Assembly (NCBI GenBank): GCA_037447605.1
Contig: CM074811.1
Coordinates: 1,054,001-1,118,000, forward strand
DNA from: Zygnema circumcarinatum SAG 698-1b
Lineage: Eukaryota > Plantae > Zygnematophyceae
DNA length: 64,000 nt
Direction: 5' to 3'
Numbering within the stretch: position 1 is the first letter of the stretch; every line of letters begins with the position of its first letter. The position numbers and the translations under genes were made by a program. The notes below the pieces were generated by a model. The model saw only the letters and a program-made list of their open reading frames with translations. It was not told the DNA's origin and did no database searches. Below are positions 21,901 to 35,569 of the stretch, piece after piece.

Positions 21901-24900
21901 ACAAACCATTCGGATTTCCCGGTGACGACTGATTCTACTTCCGTACCCACTTTTCCTTCACCTGCCTCCCCCGCTCTCACTACATCCATGCCCGCAAACC
22001 TTTCTAGTCCTTCATCTTTCGAAAGTGAGACCCCTTCAACTGCGGAACTGGAGACTTCCATTCAGAGTTCAGATCCTAAATATTTCCCAACCATTGCTCC
22101 TCCACCAACAGAATCGCAATCGAACGGCAAGCATTTTCCTCTCCAAGCAGGTCTAGATGGCCCTCAGAAGCAGCCTCTTTCAAGTCAGGATCCCGTGTCT
22201 GAACCCCGCATTCACCTTCGGGAGTCTGATATCCATCCTATGGTCTCACAAACCGTACTCGAAAAGGAAGGGCGAACCCTAGATTCAGATGCTGTTTCCA
22301 CTGCCTCCCAAGTGTATGGGGGCGCACTGTCAACAGCATCAGGTCGGAAAGCACTCGGTTTTGATGAGATGGTGAACCGGAGCCTTTTGGCGCCCACTCC
22401 TCCTCGGCCAATGCGAATTCTCAGCTGGCTCGAGGTTGGTGGCGGTGGGTGGCTCGCTGCCCTGCCCTTTATACCTTTTCTTTGTGTGATGGTTTCTTAG
22501 GTTTCTCTACAGTTCTTTATGACTGAATCTGTTACTGTATCGCCCATGCATTTATCTCGTGAGCTTCTACTGTTTATTTGGCATATCTCGGGCCACCCCA
22601 TTGCCTAGGCTCTGCATATGAGTTCGTTGATGGCTAAGAGGGTTTTTGTCCCTGTCTTCACTAAGTCTCAAACCATTGATGCTCGTTTGTCTTTGATTCA
22701 CATGCAGCCCTGTTATGCATTCTCGCACTGGAAGCGACTGACTGTGTCTGCCCTTATTCTGTTATTGAATCCAATACCATTCATCTCTTTTCGTAGAATG
22801 CACATGTTTCAGCGTTAAATAAACTAACTTCCAGTGTGTTCTTTTACTATACTAAGACGGCTCTGTTCATTTTCTTCCACCTATTTGAACTGATCCAAGC
22901 CGTACGGCCTTGACCTTTGCCTTTCATCTGAACAAATTTGCATATTTAGGCTTCTCATCTTTGTAATACCTACAAAAGCATTCTCATCCTTTGAACCAAC
23001 GGAACAAAAGGCTCCGAAGTTTTCTGGAGTGCTTAGGTTCTTCAGTATAATTTGTTTGATTCGGGCTGCATTGAATTGAAGTTAACTAATAAGATTGACT
23101 GGGTTTATTCAACATAAAGTGCTAGTATTTCCCAGTAGATCTGGCGATCCATTACTTAGCAGATTCCTTCTCTTGTCTGGATTGTTCTTCCTTTGGATAA
23201 ACTATCTTATGAGTAGCTGTTGATGCAAGCCATGGAGTGAAACTTTGCAGGCACTGGATAAGTTTGAGAAGCTCGTGCTCGACCTGCAGCGTGTATCTTG
23301 CTGCCCTCTTTCATCGCCCCTGAATGACCTCCAGCGATACCTTATTGACTTCCAAGAATATCGGCCGGGGCCAGTTGTGCGCTGTCATTTGCAGGTATGT
23401 CTTTCTCCATGGCTTTGCAAGAGAAGAGGAAAGGTGGCTAGAACCCATTTTCTATTTTCACGACTGATCAATTAAGATTGGGATCATTTTGGAATGGATT
23501 TGTGTCTCTAGATACATGCTTTAGCTCTATTGTGCATAATCATTTGTTACCTGCTGGTCCTCAAAATCCACTATTCTATGTCCAAACGTAAATCCCAGGG
23601 GTCTACCATTGGAAGCATGCGACTAGAGATTTATAGCATGTGCTCGATAGTCGCTGAATCTTCCATCTTCCATTTTCTGTTAGTGTTTGACTTTGTAGTG
23701 ATTCTAGTAGCGCTTTTGTTTTCAGCGTTGTTCGTCAGGATCTAGGCTCAAACAAGTTTAGGGACACTCTGATGGTTAGCGAACTGTTGATCCAACTGCA
23801 GGTGTATAAGCATTTCCAGCTTGTGAGCAAATGTTCCCTTCTCTAACCCTTAATGATGCTGCTAACACTTACAGAAGATGCTCTGTTTTTTGCAGCAACT
23901 GTTAATGCAGTGGGGGCAACCTTCTCAAGAGGAGAAGGCAGGGGGGCACGAATCTTCTGCCTCACCTGTAATATTTCAAACCCTTCAACTGCCATATGAA
24001 GGGCAGCTGCTTAACGATGGTCCCCTTCGATGGTTCACTATCAAGGCGAAGCAGGTAAAGGCTCTGTCAGCGTTGGGTTCTACTGTAGTCCTGCTTGTGG
24101 CTTGAATCTTGAACGTCTTTTATGATGGGTCGTTGAGTGAGCCTTTTATGAGGATCAAGTCTGGAAAGCTCAGGAAAGTATCGCTGGAATTCTGAGAGGG
24201 GAAAGGAAGCGGAGCATTTAGGCTGTTTATGTAGGCAGGCTGGGTATTGAAGGAGTGAGGCGCAACTTGTTTTTTAAATGTTGTTGAAAGATTGTTTGTG
24301 GCGTAATAGTTGGAGTTGAGGTTGCTCCGCGCACTCTGTGGCAATTTATCGAGGCAACGGAGGGAGATGGCAAAGCTGCTATCAGATTGGGATGTTCTCA
24401 TTCAAGAGGTAATAGAAATCTTGCTTACATATGCTCTCGTCCTTATCTCTTTTATTGTTGTATACTTTGGTGAAGTATTTTCTTAATTATACAGACTTGG
24501 CCAGAATGAGCAGCATGTGGAAATTGCTGAATGAAGCAGGAGGGAATGTTAGAGGGTTTTTTTTCTTTTTGACGTTATTGATGCTCCATGTTCTGGCAAG
24601 CAGCGGAGTATTTGTTCAGTGTCAATCGTTGTAAGAAATGTTTGTGTATGTATTGCGGGAATTGGAACAGGCTGAGCAAGCAGGTGCCAGTCCTGCCCTG
24701 CGTGCATTTGCTACTGCAAACTATCCGCAGGTATCTTCTTCTATCTGCTTCGTCCCAGCATTTTCCTTGCTAGCAATTGGAGGATGTGGAATACAGACCA
24801 GAAAAGAATGTTAAGGCCGCGTGCATTTTATTCGGAAGTATGTACTAGTGGTGCCAAAAAGGCAATCTGTTATGCGGTCAAAGAAGAAACAGCAAGTGCT

Positions 24901-27900
24901 TTAGCGATTTTCAGTTGCACCACTACTATGTTCAGCTCATTGTTCGTTTCCTTTCTCACTCGAAGAAGTGGATGTCAACATTTCTGTTCTTGCTGCTCAC
25001 AGGGCTGGTGGACGGAGAGCCTACTCATCAGTTGGTGCGGAGAACAAGCATGTCGAATCATTTGGCATTATTTGCTGCTTGGATTCAACACAAAGCTCTA
25101 TGCAACGTCAGAATTCTGCAACATCTTCTGGTCAGTTCAAACCAGTGCAGTGTCTTTTCTGCCGACTTTTCCTTGCCGCTCTAATGTGCTCCTCACATTC
25201 AGCACTCCCTTTCCACTTAGCACAAGCAGCATATTCACACATTTCCCCGTAAGCTGTTAGTACAGCAGGTTTATCACTTGTTCAGACTTGAAGTCTGATG
25301 CACACAGCAGGCTATCTAGTCGTTTATCTGTTCAGTACTTCACTTTAAGCAGAAAACAAGGTTGTCGCAACTGGCATGGCATGGGATTTGTGTTGTCACT
25401 GCAAAGAGAAGCTGTAATCATGAACATTGCAGTCACCCGCAGTCCTGTCCAATTGAGTATAGTGCTATCCAATGTTGCTCACCCTCAGGCAGGCCTTCCT
25501 TCTCTCGCTGTATTCATTGTACTCATAATCCACTTGAAAGACGATTGTTTTGAGGTGTCGCCTATCTTCCTTTGCCACAGTTCTCCAGTCGTCAACCTGA
25601 TCTGCTGCTATGAACTACGAGTGTGTTGAATATTGTACGGCGTAGGCAGCTCTGAGCTTTGAGGAGTCCAACTTGACAGGTATCTTGATCATGTTCTCTC
25701 AACACTTATTCACAACGTGGAGGCTCGAGAGAGGGCGTGGTGGGAGAGGCGCCAAAACAGTGCATCAGACTCAGGTTAGCGCATGTTGGCATAGGGTGAG
25801 AAATGTAAGAATTTCTGAAAGTAGCAGGCCTTGGTATTGTTTGTCTTAATGAATTAGGTTAGGTTGTTTTGGCAGTTTTCAGGTTTCCATGCGTAGGCTG
25901 TTACCTAGAATGCACGAAACCACGGAAAATGGTGGCTCAGCACAATTTTTTTGCCATACTTTGGTTGTGCGTCTGGTCCTGCACAAGAATGCAGTTATTT
26001 TCTGCTACACGGTTGTCCAAACGAGCATGCACATCAGACGAGTTGAGAGCATCCTTTATCTGCTTTTTCCGCACCTTTCCTGCTATTTCTTCCGATGTTT
26101 GCACTGGCTAAGCTAGCCTCCGCTTGTTTGAAAATACCTCGTGATCTTGAATCCCACTCTTTTCTATGGCATTGAGCAGCTTTGGGAGCAGCCCGCAGTT
26201 CATGACACTTTGTTGCCCAGTCGAAAACATGACGTCTTCATCGTTATGTTTGGTTTGCTTTGACGGGAGGAAACAGGTAAAGATAAGGGTAATAGGCGTA
26301 AGAAGGGTCTCAAGGATCGCGTGCTGCCCTTTAAAGGGAGTGCAGATCTGATGCACATCCGCTGCCAGGCCGATCTCTGCAAGGCATTTGTGCGGGTGAG
26401 CTGGGCTGCCTATTTGAAATTCTCATTTAGCCACTACTACCATCTCCACAACTTTGCTTAAAAACTGTCCAAAAGCGCACCAGCTTGGCGTAAAGTGCGC
26501 TTTTTTTTTACTTACAGCAGTCATTTTTCAAGTTGCATTCATTGTTATGTGCCTTTGCGAGCATTAGACGAGCCTCGAAAGCAGAGCTGTGTGCTTTGTG
26601 CACTTTCTGGGGTATGAAAATGCTTCTACTCGACTTTGGAACTTACTATTCTGAAACTATTTGTGCACGCTGAATTTGCTTATCATTTTGGTGTGGGGGG
26701 GTGGTTGTGCTTACTGTCTATTGAGTCTGAAAGTCCCAAGTTTAAAATCATGCAACAGTCTTAAATAATTTCTGTGTATCTCGTTCACTATTGTACCTGA
26801 GTTTCTGCTTCACCAGGATGTATGTTTCGTTTGGAATCCTTTGCAGATGCTGGTAGCGTTCACTGAGGACAAAAAGTTGTTAATCTCAGACACGCCTTTC
26901 AACTCACAGCAAGAGGTATGTTCTAAAAGCTTCAAGTTTATGGGATACTGCCCTAGTTTGAGAAGAGTATGAGTGCTATCGCCAAATGTACTAATAGTGT
27001 ATGCAATGGTGTATAGAACTGATGATGTGTGTATTTGGCTTTATTTGTTAATACCAAGAGGAATAGGGACTGCTTGCTGAAGAAACTTCCTCGGATAAGT
27101 CTAAATTGTTGAAATGGGAGCTACTACTCCGGAGGGTTTTGAGCATTCTTGCTCTATGGTCAAGTGTTGCAGCTTTGCGATTTGTTCGTTCTCGGCAGGC
27201 TTTACAAGTAGTTTTTCTGCAGTCGTAGGGTTGCAAAGTTCTAAGGTCTCGCAGTCCCTGAATGTGTCATTGGTAGTGTCAGATTTACATCCTGCCAATA
27301 AGCCCTGTCAAGCACAATGCTCATGAAAGAGGCATCCCGTATGAAGGCTCATGCAGTTCATTTTGAAGTGTGCAGCGGTTTGAACAGCGCATGGAGGTGT
27401 TAGGCAGAGTACACATTCCGGATCCCATGACTTATAACGCCTTTAGACGTGGAACAGACATTTCTGACCTCACTGTATGAGCTCTCTCCTACCCTTCTTA
27501 ACCTATTGCTATATGCTGGTCGAAATGGAAAACGAAAGGTGGGATGGGTTCAGCGATGAAGTGATTTAACAAGGAAGCAGCGAAGCTCCCCCCTTGCAAC
27601 ACGAGAGCGTGAAGGCAATGAACCAAACTCAGCTTAAATTTCTCTGCTTTCGGTTAAAAACCAAGGGTTTTAAGGTAGTCTTGATCACATTAGAGAAAAA
27701 AGATCAGAAAAACTCTTAAAAGACTGACAGAATGCAATCTGCAGTTTGCAGTTTCATTCCCCCTTAGTTACCCTGCTTGTAGTCATGTAGATTATATGAA
27801 AACTTAAGAGTTTGACTTAAAGTATCTGAAGAGGGTGCCTTCTGACGGGAACAGGTGACAGAGGTCTATCAAATGTCCCATGAGCTCTTCCAATCCACAG

Positions 27901-28124
27901 CAGCGAATGTCCAGCAGCTGAAGGAGTTGGTGAAGCAGGAGGCCATGGCGGATTTGAGCAAGGAACAACGATTTTCCGACATTCAGCACATGGGACAGGT
28001 GGCAACACGGAACTGCATGGCGTTGCAAGTGGCTCATAGAGCCGGAAGGGGGGCTTCTCTCAAGGTCTCCTTTGACTTCTCTGTACATCCATGCTTCCCG
28101 GTGGCAGTCCTCAAACGCTCCTAG
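18996..28124 (+). CDS. NAA35: N-alpha-acetyltransferase 35, NatC auxiliary subunit (Mak10), multi-exon
   Basis: Exons encode GELIHGENFSLFEAMSALE|IMDPKMDAG, LMACE|ATWHDGNSLAQTVFTCIYL, ALLCRIRFRK, ASGRKALGFDEMVNRSLLAPTPPRPMRILSW and LLLGFNTKLYATSEFCNIFW|YL, ending VSFDFSVHPCFPVAVLKRS*. Confidence 0.93.
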
Positions 28125-29180
28125 TTACATTGAGGCCTGCAGGTTCGGAACCCTAGAAATAAATGTAAGAAACTTGAGTTTCTCGGTTTTGGGCACTTTT
28201 CTTGCTGTTGTGTGTATATGTCGGAAAAATCCTGCCATTCCCATGGTATCAAATTTCCTGTTCTCAGTGTTACAATTCTCTGGTATGACCGTCAGCGAAG
28301 CAAAGGGTCAACTCATAAAATCTTAGAAAGTACGGAGATTGGTGTTCATCAAACTGAAACAGAATATGCATAGAGAGACGCCTGCGTGCAATGTTTCGTC
28401 TAAAAGGGAAGAGATTTGATTCAATGTTACGTGAACTTTAGTGCCTGGATTCATGGACGAGTCCCTGGCGGCGCTCATCAAGTTCCAAGCAGAAGAATCC
28501 AGGGAAAAAAAAAAAATACGTTCATTTTGGTCTAGACTTAGAATCGGGCCAACACAGTGACATAAGTCACATTAGCAGGCACCTCTAATTTTTATTGTAA
28601 CAGTTACTCTCGGACAAAGACTTCGGTTTTTCAACGTGTGATTTAATCCTGACTTCATCATCTTTGGCGCGAAAGTGGCTCATATAATTTCCTGACATGA
28701 CACGCTGACATGGTTAGCTTGCTCTGCTTGTTTCCAGCCATACCAAAATATCGAGTAAACACTTCGATTCAATTGCCAAAATGAGATGCTGGGATTTGTC
28801 ATACAACGGAGGCGTCAGTGTAGTCGCCCACTTACATTACATGTACGGCCATTCGCCCAAAACCTTTTAAAGCCCCAAGAACTCTAAAATTCAACCCTGT
28901 GATGCACGTACGTGGCTGAAATAAAAACTCAAGCTGGCTTGGAAAACGTGTATACGTGAACCCTTCATCATGACAAAATTCGTCGATTTTTCCAAGTAAT
29001 ATACCGTAGGGGAACATACTTTAATGCCGAACCGCTATCCAAATTTACAGCATGCAACAACCTCCTTCGCAAGTTAGATGGCTGCAATGATCCCCTCCCC
29101 CGTCCTTCTCTCGAACATCTCCATTCCCAAAAATCTGCGTTACTTGCTAACCTATTCTCAATATGATAATTTCCTTTCCC

Positions 29181-31283
29181 TCAAACTGCGTGCGCGGGGT
29201 AAATGCAGAAAACTCGCGAACCCAAATCCTGTACTTGAAGTGCATGCGCCGTGCAGCCTTTGAAAAAGAGACCCTCGTCTTCTGCAGGAATCCTGCGCCG
29301 CCAACTCATGAGAAAGCAAGGCCTTGGCAGGGCCAGCGGTTCCAAGCCTTCTTCTTTATTTTTCTTCAATTCACTCCCTCTCGCCTCCTTGCGCATTTCC
29401 GGAAGCTTACTAAAGGTCGAGTCCGCACTATGTATAATTTGGAGCACGTCACAACGATTCCCCTCCGTTTCACGCCTCTCTAGAAGTGTCTGCAATGTTT
29501 GAATAAGTTTCGGATACTGTTTCACATCTGCAGTTTTTGCATACACCCAATGCTGTCTTTTCAGTAGAAGTTCGGCTAAGGCTTCTTTTGTACCAGATAA
29601 GAGATTTTAACCCCCTGCAGAAGGAGAGCTATAGGAGCCGCCTTTTGGCCTTTCGGAGCTCTACACTTAGTGAACGTGAAAAACACTAGTTAAATCTACG
29701 GGGCTTATGGTTGGGAACTTACAAAGTAGGATGTCACTAGCGACAATGAGGTCGAATGGTGGAGTGGGCGATAAAAAGTCGTCACCCCATGTATCTGGCA
29801 AACCAGAGGGCCATCAAAAACCGTTTCAGTACCTTTACTCAAATTGTCAATCTTCCTGGAAAGAGAAACATATAAAAGAGAAAAAGCTTCCCCCAACTCT
29901 CACTCTGAGGGCATTTCTCGTAAACCAATGTGACTAAGGCTTTCTTTAAAGGGGGGAGCAATTCCTTCTTACGACGAATGTGGGGGAGGGGAGGCAACCC
30001 ATTTCGTTGACAGTTGTATGCAATGTTCAGCTCAATCTCCCCGTCATTGTAGTCAGAAGTGGTTATATCACAGCCGAACTCCAACTTCATGTAGATTGCA
30101 AGTGCCCCGGTTCCACTGCCAGGCTCCCCGCTTGGCCATATTCAAGGGAAGAAAGGCTGTCACCTAACATGTAAGTCTAGATCCTGACCAATACGTCAAC
30201 ACAGGAAAGGAGCATCGACCTCTGGTGTTTTCAGTCACCGCAATCTTCTGTGCCCGTACTCTTTTCTCAGCTATTACTTATGTGATACGGAATTGACGGC
30301 ACCCTCTCGTCGATGACTTGGGTTCTTTCAGCTCCTCATTCAATAGTAGCTCCTAACTCCACTCGCGTTCCCCTTACGCCCTCTAGCAATAGTTCAGAAA
30401 AGAAGCAAAACAACACCTTCCAAGCTCCAAAATGCGGCGTCCCTCCAACAAACGTGGGCGCTTTGCTAGCCATTCAGCAAAGGCCTGAGCCCCCGGCCAC
30501 ACCAGGTTGGCGTTGAGAGCATGGAAGGCGAATTCTCGGATGATAAGGGCCTGTTCTGCAGCACACATCAGAGCAAAGGTACAATGAGTGAATAGTACTG
30601 AATGGCATGTTGGGAAATAGTAGCACCAGACACATTCATCCGTGCCAAGTTCTCCCGTAAAGAGCAAAGAGCAAAAAGCAAAAAGGATGTCATGTACCCT
30701 GATCGCATCCAAACACTTGTTAAGATTCCAGAAACGTTCTTTCTTTCGTCAATTAGCAGCTTTCTTCACTCGTTGAATCTATCACAAAGGACCTTCCCAT
30801 GATTCAATGTGTACCTTTCCTGGAAAACCAGTGTATTTTCTTTCAGAAAATTGTTGCTCAACTTCTGCATAGCGAACAAAAAACGGAAAATGAAAGATTT
30901 AATCATTCAAGCAGTGACTCGTTCATCGATGAATTCCAGCACAACAAACTTCTGAACATCCGACAATCGGCATTCTCTTCACCAACTACACTGATTCTCA
31001 TGTTCCAACAAGAAGAGAAGTTGAACACAGAGACGTCACATCCATGCAATAATAGCCCAGTGTGCCTAAGCACAGTCTCTCCTTCCACCTCATCATCTCT
31101 CTAACATAAATCACACTCCTTACATGCAGTCTCCTTACAAGCGCAATGTTCTGAGACGGGCTTTCAAGCTGCAGCATTAAGACTTCCATTCCCCGAGAAA
31201 GAAATCTGCGCACCTTGCGAGCCGGGGTCATCATCATCTTCGTCTGCAAAGAGGTCGGCCACAGGAAACATTGACACCTCCAT
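29181..31283 (-). CDS. Class I SAM-dependent protein methyltransferase, Methyltransf_16 (METTL21/METTL23-like) family
   Basis: Exons give IIREFAFHALNANLVWPGAQAFAEWL..RILELGS|GTGALAI (motif I), TTSDYND, HTWGD and FDLIVASDILLY. The ATG at 31283 is in a ggcagccATGG context; exon 2 is unresolved. Confidence 0.85.
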
Positions 31284-31327
31284 GGCTGCCTTCTTCAAGT
31301 AGATCGCTACGCCCTAACGAGTTATAG

Positions 31328-31370
31328 TTAGGGTTTAAGAATTAGGGTTAGAGATCGGGTTAGGGTTGGG
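31328..31370 (-). promoter_or_regulatory. Cluster of telo-box-like motifs upstream of the methyltransferase ATG
   Basis: An exact AAACCCTA (minus strand, 31329-31336) plus further TTAGGG/TTAGAG units lie 45-90 nt upstream of the start codon. Confidence 0.5.
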
Positions 31371-31434
31371 TTCAACGCTGCGTTCCTCGCCTCCATTACG
31401 GCACTGTACTGTACTCGGCAGGCTGCACAGGTAA

Positions 31435-31517
31435 ATCGTATCGTATCGTAGCATATCATATCATATCGTAGAGTTACGTATCGTATCGTAGCGTATGTTG
31501 TAGTACCGTATCGTATT
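31435..31517. repeat. Degenerate pentamer repeat (ATCGT/ATCAT)n in the divergent methyltransferase/G-alpha interval
   Basis: atcgtatcgtatcgtagcatatcatatcatatcgtag...cgtatcgtatcgtagcgtat read directly. Confidence 0.8.
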
Positions 31518-31961
31518 GAGGTCGAAGCTGAGTTCAGGATGCACAGCAGCTTATGAGGGTGCGCAGCGCCACTGGTTTGGGGAAAGAACTTGAACTGCAA
31601 CTCTCCTGCATCCTCCTGTGGATGGATGCGCACAAGGCTGCTGTCGTTTGGATCTGTAGACAGTCTACAGAATGAACACGCCACCACACAGTGAATAAAA
31701 GTGTCATCCGAGAACATAAATAAAGTATTTTTTTTCTCATGTACTGCGGCCATTCGCACGTTATAGGTCATGTTTTGAGGCATGCCTACTTCTCTGTTTG
31801 CAGTTGGAACGCAGATGACATATGCAGTAGCAAGAAGGAAAGGATGCATAGATAAAGTGAGCTGTGGCAGAAAGTAAGAGGATACGCATTCAACTTCATT
31901 GATGTTCATCCCATTTCGCTCACTTCTGATAAAAAGCAGTTGAAAGCCTTGGAACTGTCAG

Positions 31962-34900
31962 ATGGGAAACTGCACGTCTTGTGAAGAGGAAACTGGCGTT
32001 GACGGCGCGAAAAGAAAGCTGGTGAGCCTGGAGCCCTTCACATGCATGATGACTTCTTGGAGACCGAAGCTGCTCTTACATGAAATTCAACTGAAGCTTT
32101 TTAAGCATCACCTTTCTATCGCTTCTGAACTTCGAGAAATTTAACAGAAGTGTTACTGGAGCTGTCTGCACTTTTATCGTTTTTCTTTTTACTTCCTCGA
32201 TCCCGTGTATGGCTCTATGGTTACGTTTCATTTGTATTGCGCAGAATGCAGACATTGAGAGAAGGCTGAAACGAGAGGCGGAAAGTGATGCCAAGATGCA
32301 GAAACTGCTGCTACTCGGTATAAACTGCAGTTCTCGGCATTGCAAGCAGCAGCTTATTTTTCAGGTTAATGAAAGCATAAGGTTAGGAGGTTATCACTAG
32401 ATGGAGAACCGTTTCCTGAAGCCAGTGTCACTATTTTTTCTTGAATGAAGAATATCCATACTAATTAAGAATGCCTGTTGAAGGTTCTTGTTGCTTCAAA
32501 CATCCTTTCGCCTCACTTACTTATTTATTCGTGTTTATCGTTTTCCCCTTTTTTTTAATAATTGTGTTTTTCGATGGTTTGAACAGGTACTGGTGAATCC
32601 GGAAAAACCACCATTTTCAAGCAGATACGATTGTTATACCAGTCGGGATTCAGTGAAGAGGATTCCCGAGAATGGATACCCCTTGTCCATGCCAATGTAA
32701 TCCATTCTATGAAGGTAAGCGCTCTTCTGTATTATATAGCATCCATCGAGCCATTGTTTAGGGAATCCCACCATGCTAATCATGCTCATCATGCCATCGG
32801 TTCAAATTTCCGGCCGTAGAATCAATGTTTCAGTGGGTTGGGAACGATCCATCAAGTGCTAGAGCTACTTGGACTTAAAGCAAGAAGCCAATCAGGTTTG
32901 ATTGGTCTAGGCCGCTTAATTCAAGGTTGCTTTTTGCACAATCGTCTGCAGATACTTGTCAATGGGAGGCGGCATTTTGCTGAAGCGGCTGACAGTAGCA
33001 CATCGATTAACTTGTTGAAAGCTGAAAATGAGGTGTGTTCTTGTTGATTCACAATCTTCTCCATTCCTATTTATGAATGAGGTTAGTGAAGGAGGCGAAT
33101 GAAGGTGGAGGTGGACATACATACATAATTTTATCTTCCATGCAAAATTGTTATGACAGTAATTCAGATGTGCAGTGATTTATATTCACACCTACATTGG
33201 CATCAAAGGTTTGTGTTTTCACAGGGTCCTAAACATGGCAACAACTTTAGGTTGGTCATCTACATTGAAACATTTCTTAACCGGCCATGCCGTAATAGAA
33301 GGGAGATGCTACTGGCTGTGTCCCCCAGTCCAGGCAGCAGCTCAACGATTGGAGGGAGTTCCAAGTTTATTAGAAGGCTCTACGGATGCAACTCCCTTAA
33401 GCAAGGAGCTTGCAACTGACATTCGCGGGCTCTGGGAAGATCCAGCCATTCAGGTTCACCCCTGAAACTCATCATTTCATGATAGGCTGGGTTTAGTTGA
33501 TAGCTAGTAGCTTCTCGTTGCTGGTATTCAGAGTAATCATGGCGACCACTTTCTTGAATCCCTTACTCTTTGATATTCATTCAAATGTAGGCCTGACTGG
33601 TCGCTTGTCTTCTCTGGATCTATCAGGCCACTTTCGCAAAGGCCAATCAGTTGCAACTCCCTGATTGCGCAGAATATTACTTTGAAAATCTACGACGACT
33701 TGCACAGCCTGACTACATTCCAACAAAGGTAACTACTCCTCTGATTGTTATTTTACTGCTGAGAATGAATTGCGCAGACGTTTATTCATGTAATGACGGA
33801 AAGGCATAACGGAACGAAGATTGGAAATTAATGTCAGACTCGGATCGTTGCTCAAACTGTGTCTCTGTTCCAAATATTCACTCCATACATCTTCCTGGCC
33901 TCTGCTCTGCAATGTGTGTAACTTGCACAGCTTATAACGAGCGTGTGATACTAAACCTGTGTGGCAATTCCGCTTGTCTATATTGCGCAGGAGGATATAT
34001 TGTATGCTCGGATACGTAGCACCTCGGTCAACGAGACGACTTTTACGTATGTCTGCAGTGTTTGATTCGTCAGCTGAATATGACATGCTGGCAAACGAAA
34101 GTATAGAAAGTTCAATCGATCCGTTCTGATAATATCCATGCAAGAAATGGTCACTAAGGTTCCTTTAGCTTCTATTCTTGGTGACATCGAACCACACCAA
34201 AGGCTCAGCGAACCACGGTGTTGATGTATGGTTGTGAATGGGCTTGCTGCAGGCCAACAGGTAGTCGAGAGACGTACCGGATCGTGGATGTAGGAGGACA
34301 GCGTAATGAGCGGAGAAAGTGGATTGATCAATTCGATGGTGTGAATGCCATCATCGTATGTGTGGCCCTTAGCGAGTATGCGCCCGACGTTGGCTTTTCC
34401 AACTTCACGCATTAGTTGGAATCACTTACAAAGCCAATCTCATTGAAATAACTTTTCCTTTTTTATTTTGCACACTTCTTGTTGGCTTGTTTTCCGTTCA
34501 GGAGCAGAAGTAGCAGCAAGGAAGGTCATTTTGGATGCATACAAGTGTGTCCATTTCCTTAAGCGAGGATGATCGGTTTATCTTCAACATTTTTTTCGAG
34601 TTGCATCTGAAAATATGCCTGCGCTTTTCCTTGTTCAGGTATGACCAGAAATTGTTTGAGGATGAAAGTACCAATCGCATGGAAGACTCCAGAGATCTTC
34701 TAACCTCTCTCCTGCAAAAGGAAGGCTTTGAGGTGGGTGGTTGCTTCTTCATGTCTTTCACGACGGCGTTTAGCAGTAGGGTCGTGTTTCTCATTTCGTT
34801 CTCGTCAACATTAGGAACAACTGCACCAATGGCGCATCTTACGTTTAAACAGTTCTTGATGGAAGTAGATCATTTGAGACGCATATAGATAACGAACTCA

Positions 34901-35569
34901 GCCACAAGCTAACATTGATCTTTTGATTGGCTTTGTAACAGAGTGTTTCTTTTCTTCTCTTTTTAAATAAGTTCGACTTGTTCCAGAAAAAAGCCCTCAA
35001 GGTAAGCTTTTCCTTTTTCCAGCCTCAAAGTTACTTCTTGCTTCTGCCGCGCACCTCTCTATGACGATCCCTAAAGCCTCTAAAGCTCCTTGGTCTGGAA
35101 AAACGGGTGGTGGGATGTGCAGTCTCCCCTCAATACTTGTCAGTGGTTTGGAGATTATCAACCGATTGGAACCGGAGCACGGGAAATTGAACATGCGTAC
35201 AAGTACGGACATTGCTTTGTTGTTAATCTGTGCTTTCAAAGTGAGAGAGGGAATGGAGAGAGAGCGGTCATGATAGAATGGCATGTGATCATGCGATGGG
35301 CAAGCTGTTGACTCACTCAGATCTGCTTCTCCGCATGCAGGTACATAGAAAACAAGTTTGTAGATTTGTTCCGGCAAAACACCCCTCGTGAAAACACCGT
35401 TAGGGTGTTCCGTGTGTACCGCACCGTTGCATTGGACAGTGAAAATGTGCGGTCGACTTTCAGTAAAGTGGAGGGCGCTCTGAAGGAAGTGGTCGAACAG
35501 GCAAAGCAGAGGCAGAGACTGGTGGATGCAGGCTTCCTAGCGACGAGTCAACAGGTCATGCAGAGGTAA
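31962..35569 (+). CDS. GPA1: Heterotrimeric G-protein alpha subunit, canonical GPA1 type, multi-exon
   Basis: MGNCTSC lipidation-type N-terminus, P-loop LLLLG|[26 protein letters not shown]|[39 protein letters not shown] and LVDAGFL. All exons are joined by GT-AG introns in phase. Confidence 0.95.

Noticed and set aside
28446-28516. SINE or retrocopy ending in an A12 run
   Set aside because: No target-site duplication, Pol III boxes or second copy in the window.
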